A stretch of DNA of 64,000 nt from Polyangiales bacterium (GTDB lineage: Bacteria; Myxococcota_A; Polyangia; Polyangiales; Houyiibacteriaceae): contig JBGCFM010000046.1 of NCBI GenBank assembly GCA_045106895.1, positions 1 through 64,000 on the forward strand. Reading direction: 5' to 3'. The position numbers and the translations under genes are program-made. Position 1 is the first letter of the stretch. Each line of letters opens with the position of its first letter. Under the pieces are notes generated by a model that had not been told where the DNA came from, made no database searches, and was given only the letters and a program-made list of their open reading frames with translations. This document shows positions 50,965 to 58,919 of this stretch, piece after piece.

Positions 50965-53334
50965 ATGGGGAGCTTCGGACGTGGGAGATGGCGATGCCGC
51001 CGGCTTTGGACCTTCGTCCTATGGGCGATGCTCGCGGCGTGCAGCGGAGAGCAGGCGCTCTTCGTCGATGTGCGCACCGATTTTATCCCGGGCCTGGACT
51101 TTGACGAAATAGAGGTCCAACTCGACAACGGAAGCGTTGCGCCTATTCGCGCGGACGCATCGTCGAGTGGGGACTACGTGATGGGGTTACGGATTGGTTC
51201 CTTCGCCGACCTGGCCCCCGGCACACACGGGCTGACGGCTCAGTTGCGGCGAGGCTCGACCTTGGTCATCGAGCGAAGCGTATCCATCACCTATGATTCG
51301 GACCAGGCCGTCGCGACAATTGTCATCACGCGTTCCTGTCTCGGTGTGACGTGCGACACGGAAGGCGCTCCAAGTTGCTTGGGCGGCTCGTGTGTCGACG
51401 AGCGTTGCACGGAGGAGACGCCAGAGTTTTGCCCGCCGGCGATGTGCGAATGCACGCCGAGCGCTTGCGAAGACGCGATTTGTGCAGCGGGCGGAGCTTG
51501 CCTGTACCGCTCTTTGTGTCCGGCCGGAGAGGCATGTCGCGCGGGGATCTGCACAAGCGACACGCTGCCATCCGCGGTCTGTCCCACTGGGAGCTGGAGT
51601 CCGGGGACACCAGTGTTTCGGGACGCGACGACGGAATGGGGGCTCGACGCATTCTCTGGAACGCGGGTTCACATCGTCGACCTCAACAATGATGGCTGGC
51701 CCGACGTCGTCGCTCACAACGTCGCCACGATGCCTGAGGATTTCGCAGCGGGCGGCGCACGTTCGCTCTACGTTCTAGAGAACGACGGGTCGTCGTTCCG
51801 TGACCTCACGCAAGAGTCGGGGATCGTTCAGAGTCGTGGCGGCTCGAGTAGTCTCGGTCGTGCCATCGCCGTCACGGCTTTCGCGGATGTTAACAACGAC
51901 GGCTACCCGGACGCGTACACCGGGTGCGTGACGGAGCCCGGTGTGGGACTTTCGGAACAGCGCAGTGAGATCATGCTCGGCAACGCCGACGGGAGTTTCT
52001 CACTTGGGCCCGAAGGCGCGATTTCAAACACCGTGGACTCACCAAGCGGCGCTTCGTTCGTGGACTTTGACCGGGACGGCAACCTCGACCTTCTCGTGGG
52101 GCAGTACTACTTCGACGCCGGCGCCGGACGGGTCGCTCAAAACGACCGGCTCTACCGCGGAGATGGGGCCGGCGGCTTCACGGACGTGACGAGCGCGAGC
52201 GGTCTCACCACCCAGCCCTGGGGGAACCTCGACGATGTCGATCAAGGGCTCGCTCATTCCATTGCCTGGGGCACCCTCGCTCGAGATGTGGACTCGGATG
52301 GCTGGCCTGATCTTCTCGTGTCTTCCTATGGGCGCGCACCGAACCACTTTTGGCGCAACGTAAACGGCGTGTTCGAGAACCAATCCGTCGTGAGCGGATA
52401 CGCCTTCGACCCGCGGATGGACTGGAGAGACAACTGGGGGGCGCAGTGTTATTGCCTGGCGAATGGAGGGCGTCCCGAGTGCGCTGGGGTCGCGTCTCCT
52501 CCTCCGGGCCTTTCCCGCTGTCCGCCCTGGGATCCCGTTCGAAGTGTTCTGCCCTCTGCGCTTGGCGGATTCAGCGGCACGACGGCCGCCGGTGACCTCG
52601 ACGGCGACGGAGACCTGGACCTGCTCACGAGCGAAATCTGGAACGTGTATACGGGGTCGAGCGGCGACAAGAGCGAGATCTTGTTCAACGAAGGCGCGGG
52701 GCGCTTTGTACGACCCGGTCCCGAGGTGACCGGAGCCGTCGCAACGCCCACGGCGATGTACCAGGAGCAGACCCACCTCTCGAACGCGGTCCTGGACTTC
52801 GACAACGACGGGCGCCTCGACGTGCTGCTCTGTGCGGCGAAGAGCGATGAGCCCAGCGCACTTCTTCGTCAGACAGGGGCGCGTGCCTTCGCCGAAGTGA
52901 ACAACGCGGACGCATCACTCATCGCTGGAATGAGCAGCGCGGGGGTCGCGGACTTCGATCGCGACGGCGACCTCGACGTGCTTGTCGCCGGGCCTTCTGG
53001 CCGCTCGCTTCATTTCCTTGAGAACGTCACTCCGCCGGCTAGCTTTGTCGAGATTCAGCTGCAACCCACCGAGGGCAGCAACGAATGGGCCGTCGGCGCA
53101 CAAGTCACCGTGCAGACCGCGACGGGCACGCAACTCCAAGAGGTCGGAGGGGGGCACGGTCACTACGGAGGGCAAGACGACCGCGTCCTCCACTTCGGAC
53201 TTGGGGGAGCCTGCGAAGCCCAGGTTATGGTCCGATGGCCAGATGAGACGCAGACCACGGCCACCTACACGCTCCCGGCGGGGCATCGTTTTGCCGTCTC
53301 TGCAACGGGAGTGGTCGTAGCGCCGGCCCCTTAG
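50965..53334 (+). CDS. CRTAC1-family lipoprotein (FG-GAP repeats + ASPIC/UnbV) with shared N-terminal module
   Basis: Lipobox LAAC; repeated D.NNDG.PD / DFDRDG.LDL; C-terminal AVGA.V.V.....Q.QEVGGG.G..GQ....LHFGLG...VRWP. Confidence 0.9.
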   Translation: MGSFGRGRWRCRRLWTFVLWAMLAACSGEQALFVDVRTDFIPGLDFDEIEVQLDNGSVAPIRADASSSGDYVMGLRIGSFADLAPGTHGLTAQLRRGSTLVIERSVSITYDSDQAVATIVITRSCLGVTCDTEGAPSCLGGSCVDERCTEETPEFCPPAMCECTPSACEDAICAAGGACLYRSLCPAGEACRAGICTSDTLPSAVCPTGSWSPGTPVFRDATTEWGLDAFSGTRVHIVDLNNDGWPDVVAHNVATMPEDFAAGGARSLYVLENDGSSFRDLTQESGIVQSRGGSSSLGRAIAVTAFADVNNDGYPDAYTGCVTEPGVGLSEQRSEIMLGNADGSFSLGPEGAISNTVDSPSGASFVDFDRDGNLDLLVGQYYFDAGAGRVAQNDRLYRGDGAGGFTDVTSASGLTTQPWGNLDDVDQGLAHSIAWGTLARDVDSDGWPDLLVSSYGRAPNHFWRNVNGVFENQSVVSGYAFDPRMDWRDNWGAQCYCLANGGRPECAGVASPPPGLSRCPPWDPVRSVLPSALGGFSGTTAAGDLDGDGDLDLLTSEIWNVYTGSSGDKSEILFNEGAGRFVRPGPEVTGAVATPTAMYQEQTHLSNAVLDFDNDGRLDVLLCAAKSDEPSALLRQTGARAFAEVNNADASLIAGMSSAGVADFDRDGDLDVLVAGPSGRSLHFLENVTPPASFVEIQLQPTEGSNEWAVGAQVTVQTATGTQLQEVGGGHGHYGGQDDRVLHFGLGGACEAQVMVRWPDETQTTATYTLPAGHRFAVSATGVVVAPAP

Positions 53335-53366
53335 AGTTTTCTTAGGGACCAGCTCAACGAAGGGTG

Positions 53367-54638
53367 CTACTCCGTGTCGCCGGGGAGTCGACGTGGCGGC
53401 GCAGCGAGCTGTCCCGCGGAAGAGGGCTGCTGTCCGAGCCGCCCGAAGGTCTGGGCGTGCCGCTGCGGCGGAAGCGCTTCAATGCCGGTGTCGGCGATGA
53501 TCTGCGGTTGGAACGCCGGCGCCGAAGCGCCTTCCAAAGCGTAGGCGTATTCACGCAGACGCTGGGTCATCTGGAAGCCCCACTTGTCGCGTACCTGCCG
53601 GCAGTGGTTGAGGTCGACTTCGCTGATGAGCACGCCGTCGCGGGTTCGTGAGAGCCCTGGCGTGCGGCCACCGTCCGGCGCGGCGACGTAGCTTGAGCCG
53701 TAGAAGTGTCCGAACTCGTTGTGTGCTGCCTTGCCGTCACCGCTGGTGAAGGCGTTGGGAAAGCTCTCCGTGCCGATGCGGTTGATGGCGGCGGTGAAGT
53801 AGTTGTTGGCGATGGACGCGCAGCGCGCCTCGATGGGCCAGAGCGGCTCCGAGAGTGCGCCCACAGTAGCCGATGGGTTGAAGACGATCTCTGCGCCGTT
53901 GAGGCCAAACATGAGCCAGTTGAGCGGATGGTGGCGGCCGTAGCAGATGTTGACGCCGATGCGTCCGAACTCGGTGGCAAAGACGGGGTGGCCCGTGTCG
54001 CCTTCCATGTAGTACGTGGACTCGTTGAAATCGCCGACGCGCGGGATGTGGTGCTTGCGGTGTTTCCCGATGACGTTGCCGCGATTGCCGATGACGACGG
54101 CGGTGTTGTGAATCGTGCCGCCATGGAGCTCGTCGCGTTCGAGGATCGGCGAGACGATGACCATGTTGTAGCGACGGGCGAGCCCCGAGAGGAGCTGCGT
54201 CGACGGACCGTCCACAGGTTCGGCAAACTCAAGCCAGGGATGCTTCTCGCGCGTGCAAAACGCGAAGGGCATCGTCCACGCTTCCTGAAGCCCGAGGACA
54301 TTGCAGCCCATCGCGCCGGCGGCGTGAATCATCGTCTCGGTGCGGTCGCAGAGCGCCTGGAACTGCTGCTGCACGGGAGCATCCGTGGGTTCGACGATGC
54401 GGTTTTGAATCACGCCGACGCGAACAAGACGCGGCGCGCGCATCTGCTCGGGGGTGGATGAGAACTGGTAGCCGGCGACGTCGAAGTCGTGCTCGTCAGC
54501 GAGGCGTTTCGCCTCGGGCGCGATGGGCAGCTCCTCCGGCATATTGCCGTAGAGGATGCGAAACGCCTCCTTTTGGTCTTCTTCGGGCAGCTTGCGGAGC
54601 AAACTCTCTAAACTTTCGAGCTCTTTTGGGGTCGCCAT
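53367..54638 (-). CDS. Beta-ureidopropionase (beta-alanine synthase), eukaryotic UPB1/PYD3 type, nitrilase superfamily
   Basis: [84 protein letters not shown]. Confidence 0.93.
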   Translation of the reverse strand: MATPKELESLESLLRKLPEEDQKEAFRILYGNMPEELPIAPEAKRLADEHDFDVAGYQFSSTPEQMRAPRLVRVGVIQNRIVEPTDAPVQQQFQALCDRTETMIHAAGAMGCNVLGLQEAWTMPFAFCTREKHPWLEFAEPVDGPSTQLLSGLARRYNMVIVSPILERDELHGGTIHNTAVVIGNRGNVIGKHRKHHIPRVGDFNESTYYMEGDTGHPVFATEFGRIGVNICYGRHHPLNWLMFGLNGAEIVFNPSATVGALSEPLWPIEARCASIANNYFTAAINRIGTESFPNAFTSGDGKAAHNEFGHFYGSSYVAAPDGGRTPGLSRTRDGVLISEVDLNHCRQVRDKWGFQMTQRLREYAYALEGASAPAFQPQIIADTGIEALPPQRHAQTFGRLGQQPSSAGQLAAPPRRLPGDTE

Positions 54639-54820
54639 GGCGTAGAAATATCATTCTAGCGCCGGCGCTGCACCACTTCTTCGGCGAGGCACGCCAGGAT
54701 GAGTGGATCGGATAGGCTGCGGCCATGAAGAGGCTGTTCTTTCGCCTCGCGGCACCCAACGAAGGCTGAGTCTGGGCACAGCTTCAGCGTGTCTGTCGGT
54801 AGCGCGATGAGCTCGGCGTA

Positions 54821-54850
54821 CTAACGAGCGTCGTACTAACGAGCGTCGTA
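54821..54850. repeat. 15-bp tandem duplication of the last codons plus stop (YDAR*YDAR*)
   Basis: CTAACGAGCGTCGTA twice. Confidence 0.85.
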
Positions 54851-55666
54851 GGCGCGCGAGTGGACTGTGAGACTTAGAGTGCCGTTGATCTCGCGCTGGA
54901 GGAACCCGTAGCGCGCATGAACCCCGACGGAGAAGTTGGGTCGCAAGAAGTAGCTCACGCCGGCGCCTCCGCGCAGTGTCCACTGACCAAAGGACTCGCT
55001 GAAGTGAGCCAGGCATCCGGGCGCGTCGCTCGTGCCGTTCACGACGATTATTCGTCGTCCGGCCACAGCTTCCACTTCCAGACGGAGGTTGCCAATGCCG
55101 ACGCTGCCGCCGGCGATGAGGCCGCCGGCGACGGCCATCGCGTTGACGAGCTCCACGTCCGTGGATGCGCTGTCGATTCTGCCGGCGAGGGACACTCCGC
55201 CGACAGCGGCCTCCAAACCGATGAAGAAGTTGGGGTGCAAGAACACCCTCCCGCGGAGGGCGAAACGAACGCCGGTGCCGCTGACGAGTTCGTCCGCGTT
55301 CCAGCGATGAGGAACGTTGTCGTGCGTCGCGCTTCCGGCCAGCGCGATGTCGTCCATGCCAAGGCGGAGAGTTCCGACATCGAGTCCGAAGGTCCATGCG
55401 CGTCGCCGGCTTACATCCCAGCCGCCGAAACGATGGCAGCGCGACTCACCCACGATGCGCGAATCTCCAGCACATGGATTGGGGGTGGACGCGGAATCGT
55501 CATCACTCCAGTCGTCGTCGGACGAGCCCGAGTCGTCCGACGAGCCCGAGTCGCTGGATGACGTGCTGTCGTCGTCACCGCAGCTTGTGCCGAGCGCGTG
55601 AACTTGATTTACGCCGACGAAACTCAGCGCCATGACGAGCAGCGTGCGAAGGACCCCAGAGCTCAT
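54836..55666 (-). CDS. Exported protein, probable outer-membrane beta-barrel with Ser/Asp-rich linker
   Basis: Signal peptide, acidic linker, alternating Gly/aromatic beta-strands; ATG overlaps the upstream TGA. Confidence 0.65.
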   Translation of the reverse strand: MSSGVLRTLLVMALSFVGVNQVHALGTSCGDDDSTSSSDSGSSDDSGSSDDDWSDDDSASTPNPCAGDSRIVGESRCHRFGGWDVSRRRAWTFGLDVGTLRLGMDDIALAGSATHDNVPHRWNADELVSGTGVRFALRGRVFLHPNFFIGLEAAVGGVSLAGRIDSASTDVELVNAMAVAGGLIAGGSVGIGNLRLEVEAVAGRRIIVVNGTSDAPGCLAHFSESFGQWTLRGGAGVSYFLRPNFSVGVHARYGFLQREINGTLSLTVHSRAYDAR

Positions 55667-56115
55667 CAGTTGGAGCTCCAGTCGAAACAGTACGAGGAGG
55701 AGTCTTCGGGAGCGGCAGCCACGGCGTTCAGCCTTACACAAACATGGAGGTGTTTCCCTGCCCAACTTGGGGGGAGTTCGTAGGCAATCGTCTCTTCTGC
55801 CCGCATCCGCCCGTCCAGCTCCCCTGCATGGATCTCCTCCCTCGGGTCGTAGACGCTCAGGACTGTTTCGTCTCCGCCATGGGAGGCTCCGACGCGCACG
55901 GCGCTAAGGTCCACGGCGACGGCGTGGCGACATGGGTTGCCAAAGGCGAAGTGGATCGGGATCCACGCGCGGCCCCCGCTAAAGGATGGCGTGACCTGGA
56001 GGTCGAGACACTCGAAGCGCCTCGCACCCTCCATTTGGCCCACCTGAAAGAGCTCGCCGCTCTGGTAAGGAGCGCAGGCGACGAGCAGAAAGAGTCCTAA
56101 GCAGCGTGCGAGCAC
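55666..56115 (-). CDS. Hypothetical lipoprotein, coupled to the downstream beta-barrel gene
   Basis: LLVAC lipobox; CLDL, FGN.C...V.VDL, YDPR.EI. Confidence 0.7.
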   Translation of the reverse strand: MLARCLGLFLLVACAPYQSGELFQVGQMEGARRFECLDLQVTPSFSGGRAWIPIHFAFGNPCRHAVAVDLSAVRVGASHGGDETVLSVYDPREEIHAGELDGRMRAEETIAYELPPSWAGKHLHVCVRLNAVAAAPEDSSSYCFDWSSN

Positions 56116-56163
56116 GCCAGTGAGTGTGACCGTCTATCGGCGGAAGCACAAAGCGTCGAAGGG

Positions 56164-56436
56164 CTACTCGGCGGCAGGCTTCCCGATATCGTCGTCGCCG
56201 AACTTCTTGTGGGTTCCGTCGCAGAAGGGCACGCCGCCCGTGGCCTTGCACGTACAGAGAAACGCTTTGCCGTCTTTTTCGGCGGTGAACGCGACGGGCG
56301 TGAAATCCGTCCCTGCGTGGGAGCCGTCACAGAAGGGTTGGTTTTTGCTCTGGCCGCAGGCGCAGAAATAATATTCTTCGCCGGCTTTGAGCTCGACGCC
56401 GAGGGGGCGGTTTCCCGCAACGATAGGTAAGGCCAT
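56164..56436 (-). CDS. CDGSH iron-sulfur protein (two CDGSH motifs, MiNT/CISD3-like)
   Basis: CACGQSKNQPFCDGSH and CTCKAT...PFCDGTH. Confidence 0.93.
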   Translation of the reverse strand: MALPIVAGNRPLGVELKAGEEYYFCACGQSKNQPFCDGSHAGTDFTPVAFTAEKDGKAFLCTCKATGGVPFCDGTHKKFGDDDIGKPAAE

Positions 56437-56466
56437 GAGTGTCTTTCGTTTCTATTCGAACAGGGT

Positions 56467-57438
56467 CTATCCGCGGCCGTGCGGCGCGTGGAAGTCGATG
56501 ATGGGTCCAGCTGGAACCACACGTGATGGGTTGATGGTCTCGTGGCTACCAAAATAGTGCTCCTTGATGTGGAACATATCGACGGTGTCGGCGACACCGG
56601 GGTGCTGGTAGAGCTCACGCGTGTAGGCCCAGAGGTTTGGGTAGTCGACGAGGCGACGCAGGTTCGTCTTGAAATGCCCGACGTAGACGCTGTCGAAACG
56701 AATCAGCGTCGTGAAGAGTCGCCAGTCTGCTTCGGTGATGACGTCGCCGACGAGGTAGCGCTGCTTTGAAAGACGCTCTTCGAGCCAGTCCATGGTTTCA
56801 AAGAGCTGCGCGAGGGCATCGGCGTAGGCCTGCTGCGAAGTCGCGAAGCCGCAGCGGTACACGCCATTGTTGAGCGTCTCGTAGACGCGCGCGTTCACGG
56901 AGTCGATTTCGCTTCGGAGCTCCACCGGGTAGTAGTCGCCGGGGGTTGCGCCGACGTCGTCGAAGGCGGAGCCGAACATACGAATGATCTCGCTCGACTC
57001 ATTGCTGACGATGGTGCCCGTCTTCTTGTCCCAGAGCACAGGGACGGTGACGCGGCCCGTGTAGTCCGCCGCGGCTTTTGTGTAGACCTGGTGCAAACGT
57101 CTAGCGCCAACGATGGGATCCGGGACGACGCCGGCGCCGTCTTCAAAGGTCCAGCCTTCCTTGCCCATGAAGTGGTGGACCACGGACACGCTGACCATCT
57201 CCTCGAGGCCCTTGAGCTTACGAAATATCAGGGTCCGGTGCGCCCACGGGCACGCCAGGGATACGTACAGGTGGTAGCGACCCGCCTCGGCCTTGAAGCC
57301 ACCATCACCGCTTGGGCCGGGCGCGCCGTCCTTGGTGATCCAGTTTCGAAACGAGGCGTCCTTTCGAACGAACTTCCCGTTGTTCTTCTTCGTGTCGTAC
57401 CAAACGTCGTGCCATTTTCCGTCGACGAGTTTTCCCAT
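56467..57438 (-). CDS. yqjG: Glutathionyl-hydroquinone reductase (Xi-class GST)
   Basis: MG.LVDG.W, RYHLYVSLACPWAHR, TVPVLWDK, NESSEIIRM, NNGVY.CGFA, TEADWRLF.TL.RFD.VY..HFK, HYF.SH..INP. Confidence 0.93.
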   Translation of the reverse strand: MGKLVDGKWHDVWYDTKKNNGKFVRKDASFRNWITKDGAPGPSGDGGFKAEAGRYHLYVSLACPWAHRTLIFRKLKGLEEMVSVSVVHHFMGKEGWTFEDGAGVVPDPIVGARRLHQVYTKAAADYTGRVTVPVLWDKKTGTIVSNESSEIIRMFGSAFDDVGATPGDYYPVELRSEIDSVNARVYETLNNGVYRCGFATSQQAYADALAQLFETMDWLEERLSKQRYLVGDVITEADWRLFTTLIRFDSVYVGHFKTNLRRLVDYPNLWAYTRELYQHPGVADTVDMFHIKEHYFGSHETINPSRVVPAGPIIDFHAPHGRG

Positions 57439-57517
57439 GTTTCATTTCTCCTAGCGCTCCGAGCGATGGCCTGGAGCGGTGTGCGTTTGAGGTGTCTGTG
57501 GCGAGGTCGAGGAGCGT

Positions 57518-58528
57518 TCAGGTCGTGGGTGCCAAGGTCCCCATGTGGCCGGCTCGGTAGTCACGAATGGCTTGTTGGATCTCCGCCTGCGTGTTCATGA
57601 CGAAGGGGCCTTGTGCGACGACGGGCTCGCCCAGCGGCTCTCCCCCGAGAACCAGGACACGTGTTCTTTCAGACGCGTTCAGCTGCACGTTGCCCGCGGC
57701 GTTGCGGTCCATCACAAGGAGGTCTCCGCTCTCCACCGAGCGCGAACTCTGCGCTGTCCCTCGTCCCTCAAGAATGAGCACAAGGGAGGTATGTCCCGCC
57801 GGTGGCTCAAAGAACGCTTCGCCGCCCGCGGGCAAGTCGATGTCAAAGATGGTGATGGGGGAGTACGTCTGCGCGGGCCCCGTTTTGTCCTGGAGGCTAC
57901 CGGCGATGAGCCGTCCGCTTCCTTCGCCAAAGGCGAGCGTGGGGAAGGTGTCGCCGGGGAGTGACTGGTAGCGTGGGCTGCTCATCTTCATCCGAGCTGG
58001 CAGGTTGACCCAGAGCTGGACCATCTCGAACATGCCGCCCTGCTCGGTGAAACGACGCGAGTGCTTTTCTTCATGCACGACGCCGGACGCAGCGGTCATC
58101 CACTGTACGCCGCCGGCTCCGATGGTGCCGCCGCCGCCGTGGGAGTCGCGGTGATCGATCTCGCCTTGGTAGGCGAAGGTGACGGTCTCGAAACCACGAT
58201 GTGGATGCTCCCCCACGCCACGAGGCGTGGTGGTGGGTTCGAAGCGACGCGGCGCTGCGTGGTCCATGAGGATGAAGGGACTCAGCACCTGGGCGTCGAT
58301 AAGACGCGGAGAGAAGAGCGTGCTCACCGCGAAACCGTCGCCGACCCAGTGTCGCTCGCGCGCGCTCGTCGCGTGAGCGATGGGCTTGAGCGTTCTCTGT
58401 GTTGCGGAACTTGCTGCAGGCGCGCTCGCCGAAGGACCGGCAGGCGCGCAACCGAGCCCTTGAGCGAGGCCACCGGCCGCCATCGCCGCGATGAAGTCTC
58501 TCCGTGTTGGGGTTTCGTTCTTGCTCAT
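57518..58528 (-). CDS. Pirin family protein with Tat-like N-terminal extension
   Basis: SPF...DH, HPHRGFETVT, H.DS.G, WMTA.SG..HEE, QLWVNLP, GPFVMN; N-terminus TRRDFI. Confidence 0.92.
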   Translation of the reverse strand: MSKNETPTRRDFIAAMAAGGLAQGLGCAPAGPSASAPAASSATQRTLKPIAHATSARERHWVGDGFAVSTLFSPRLIDAQVLSPFILMDHAAPRRFEPTTTPRGVGEHPHRGFETVTFAYQGEIDHRDSHGGGGTIGAGGVQWMTAASGVVHEEKHSRRFTEQGGMFEMVQLWVNLPARMKMSSPRYQSLPGDTFPTLAFGEGSGRLIAGSLQDKTGPAQTYSPITIFDIDLPAGGEAFFEPPAGHTSLVLILEGRGTAQSSRSVESGDLLVMDRNAAGNVQLNASERTRVLVLGGEPLGEPVVAQGPFVMNTQAEIQQAIRDYRAGHMGTLAPTT

Positions 58529-58697
58529 GGAAGAGAGGTTAAGACGACGAAGTGGCCGATACTAGCGGGCCAAATGGACTTTAGAGTTGCGTGGTTGCAC
58601 CAATGCGAGGCTTTTGTGGCAAAGGTGGGACGGTTTTAGCGGCGCTCTGTGCCCAGCGTGCGTTGACAGCCTTGAGCCCACGCGCGTACCTCGGACT

Positions 58698-58898
58698 ATG
58701 GAAACTCCCTGGAAGAACTGCAGCGCCTGCAAGAAGCCCATCGATTTCGGTGCCATCTACTACCTCTGCAGCGTTTCGACCTGCAATCGGAAGCGAGGCG
58801 CCAGGACGTTTTGTTCCATGGACTGTTTCGACGCTCATGTGCCAGGCGCCAACCACCGCAGCGCGTGGGCCGAAGAGAACGTCGCGCCGAAATCATAG
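58698..58898 (+). CDS. 66-aa Cys/His-rich zinc-finger protein (ZZ-like)
   Basis: METPWKNCSACKKPI.FG..YY.CSVSTCNRKR....FCS..CFDAH.P...HR.AWAEE. Confidence 0.75.
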   Translation: METPWKNCSACKKPIDFGAIYYLCSVSTCNRKRGARTFCSMDCFDAHVPGANHRSAWAEENVAPKS

Positions 58899-58919
58899 CC
58901 AAGCCGCCCGTGGGGATGG

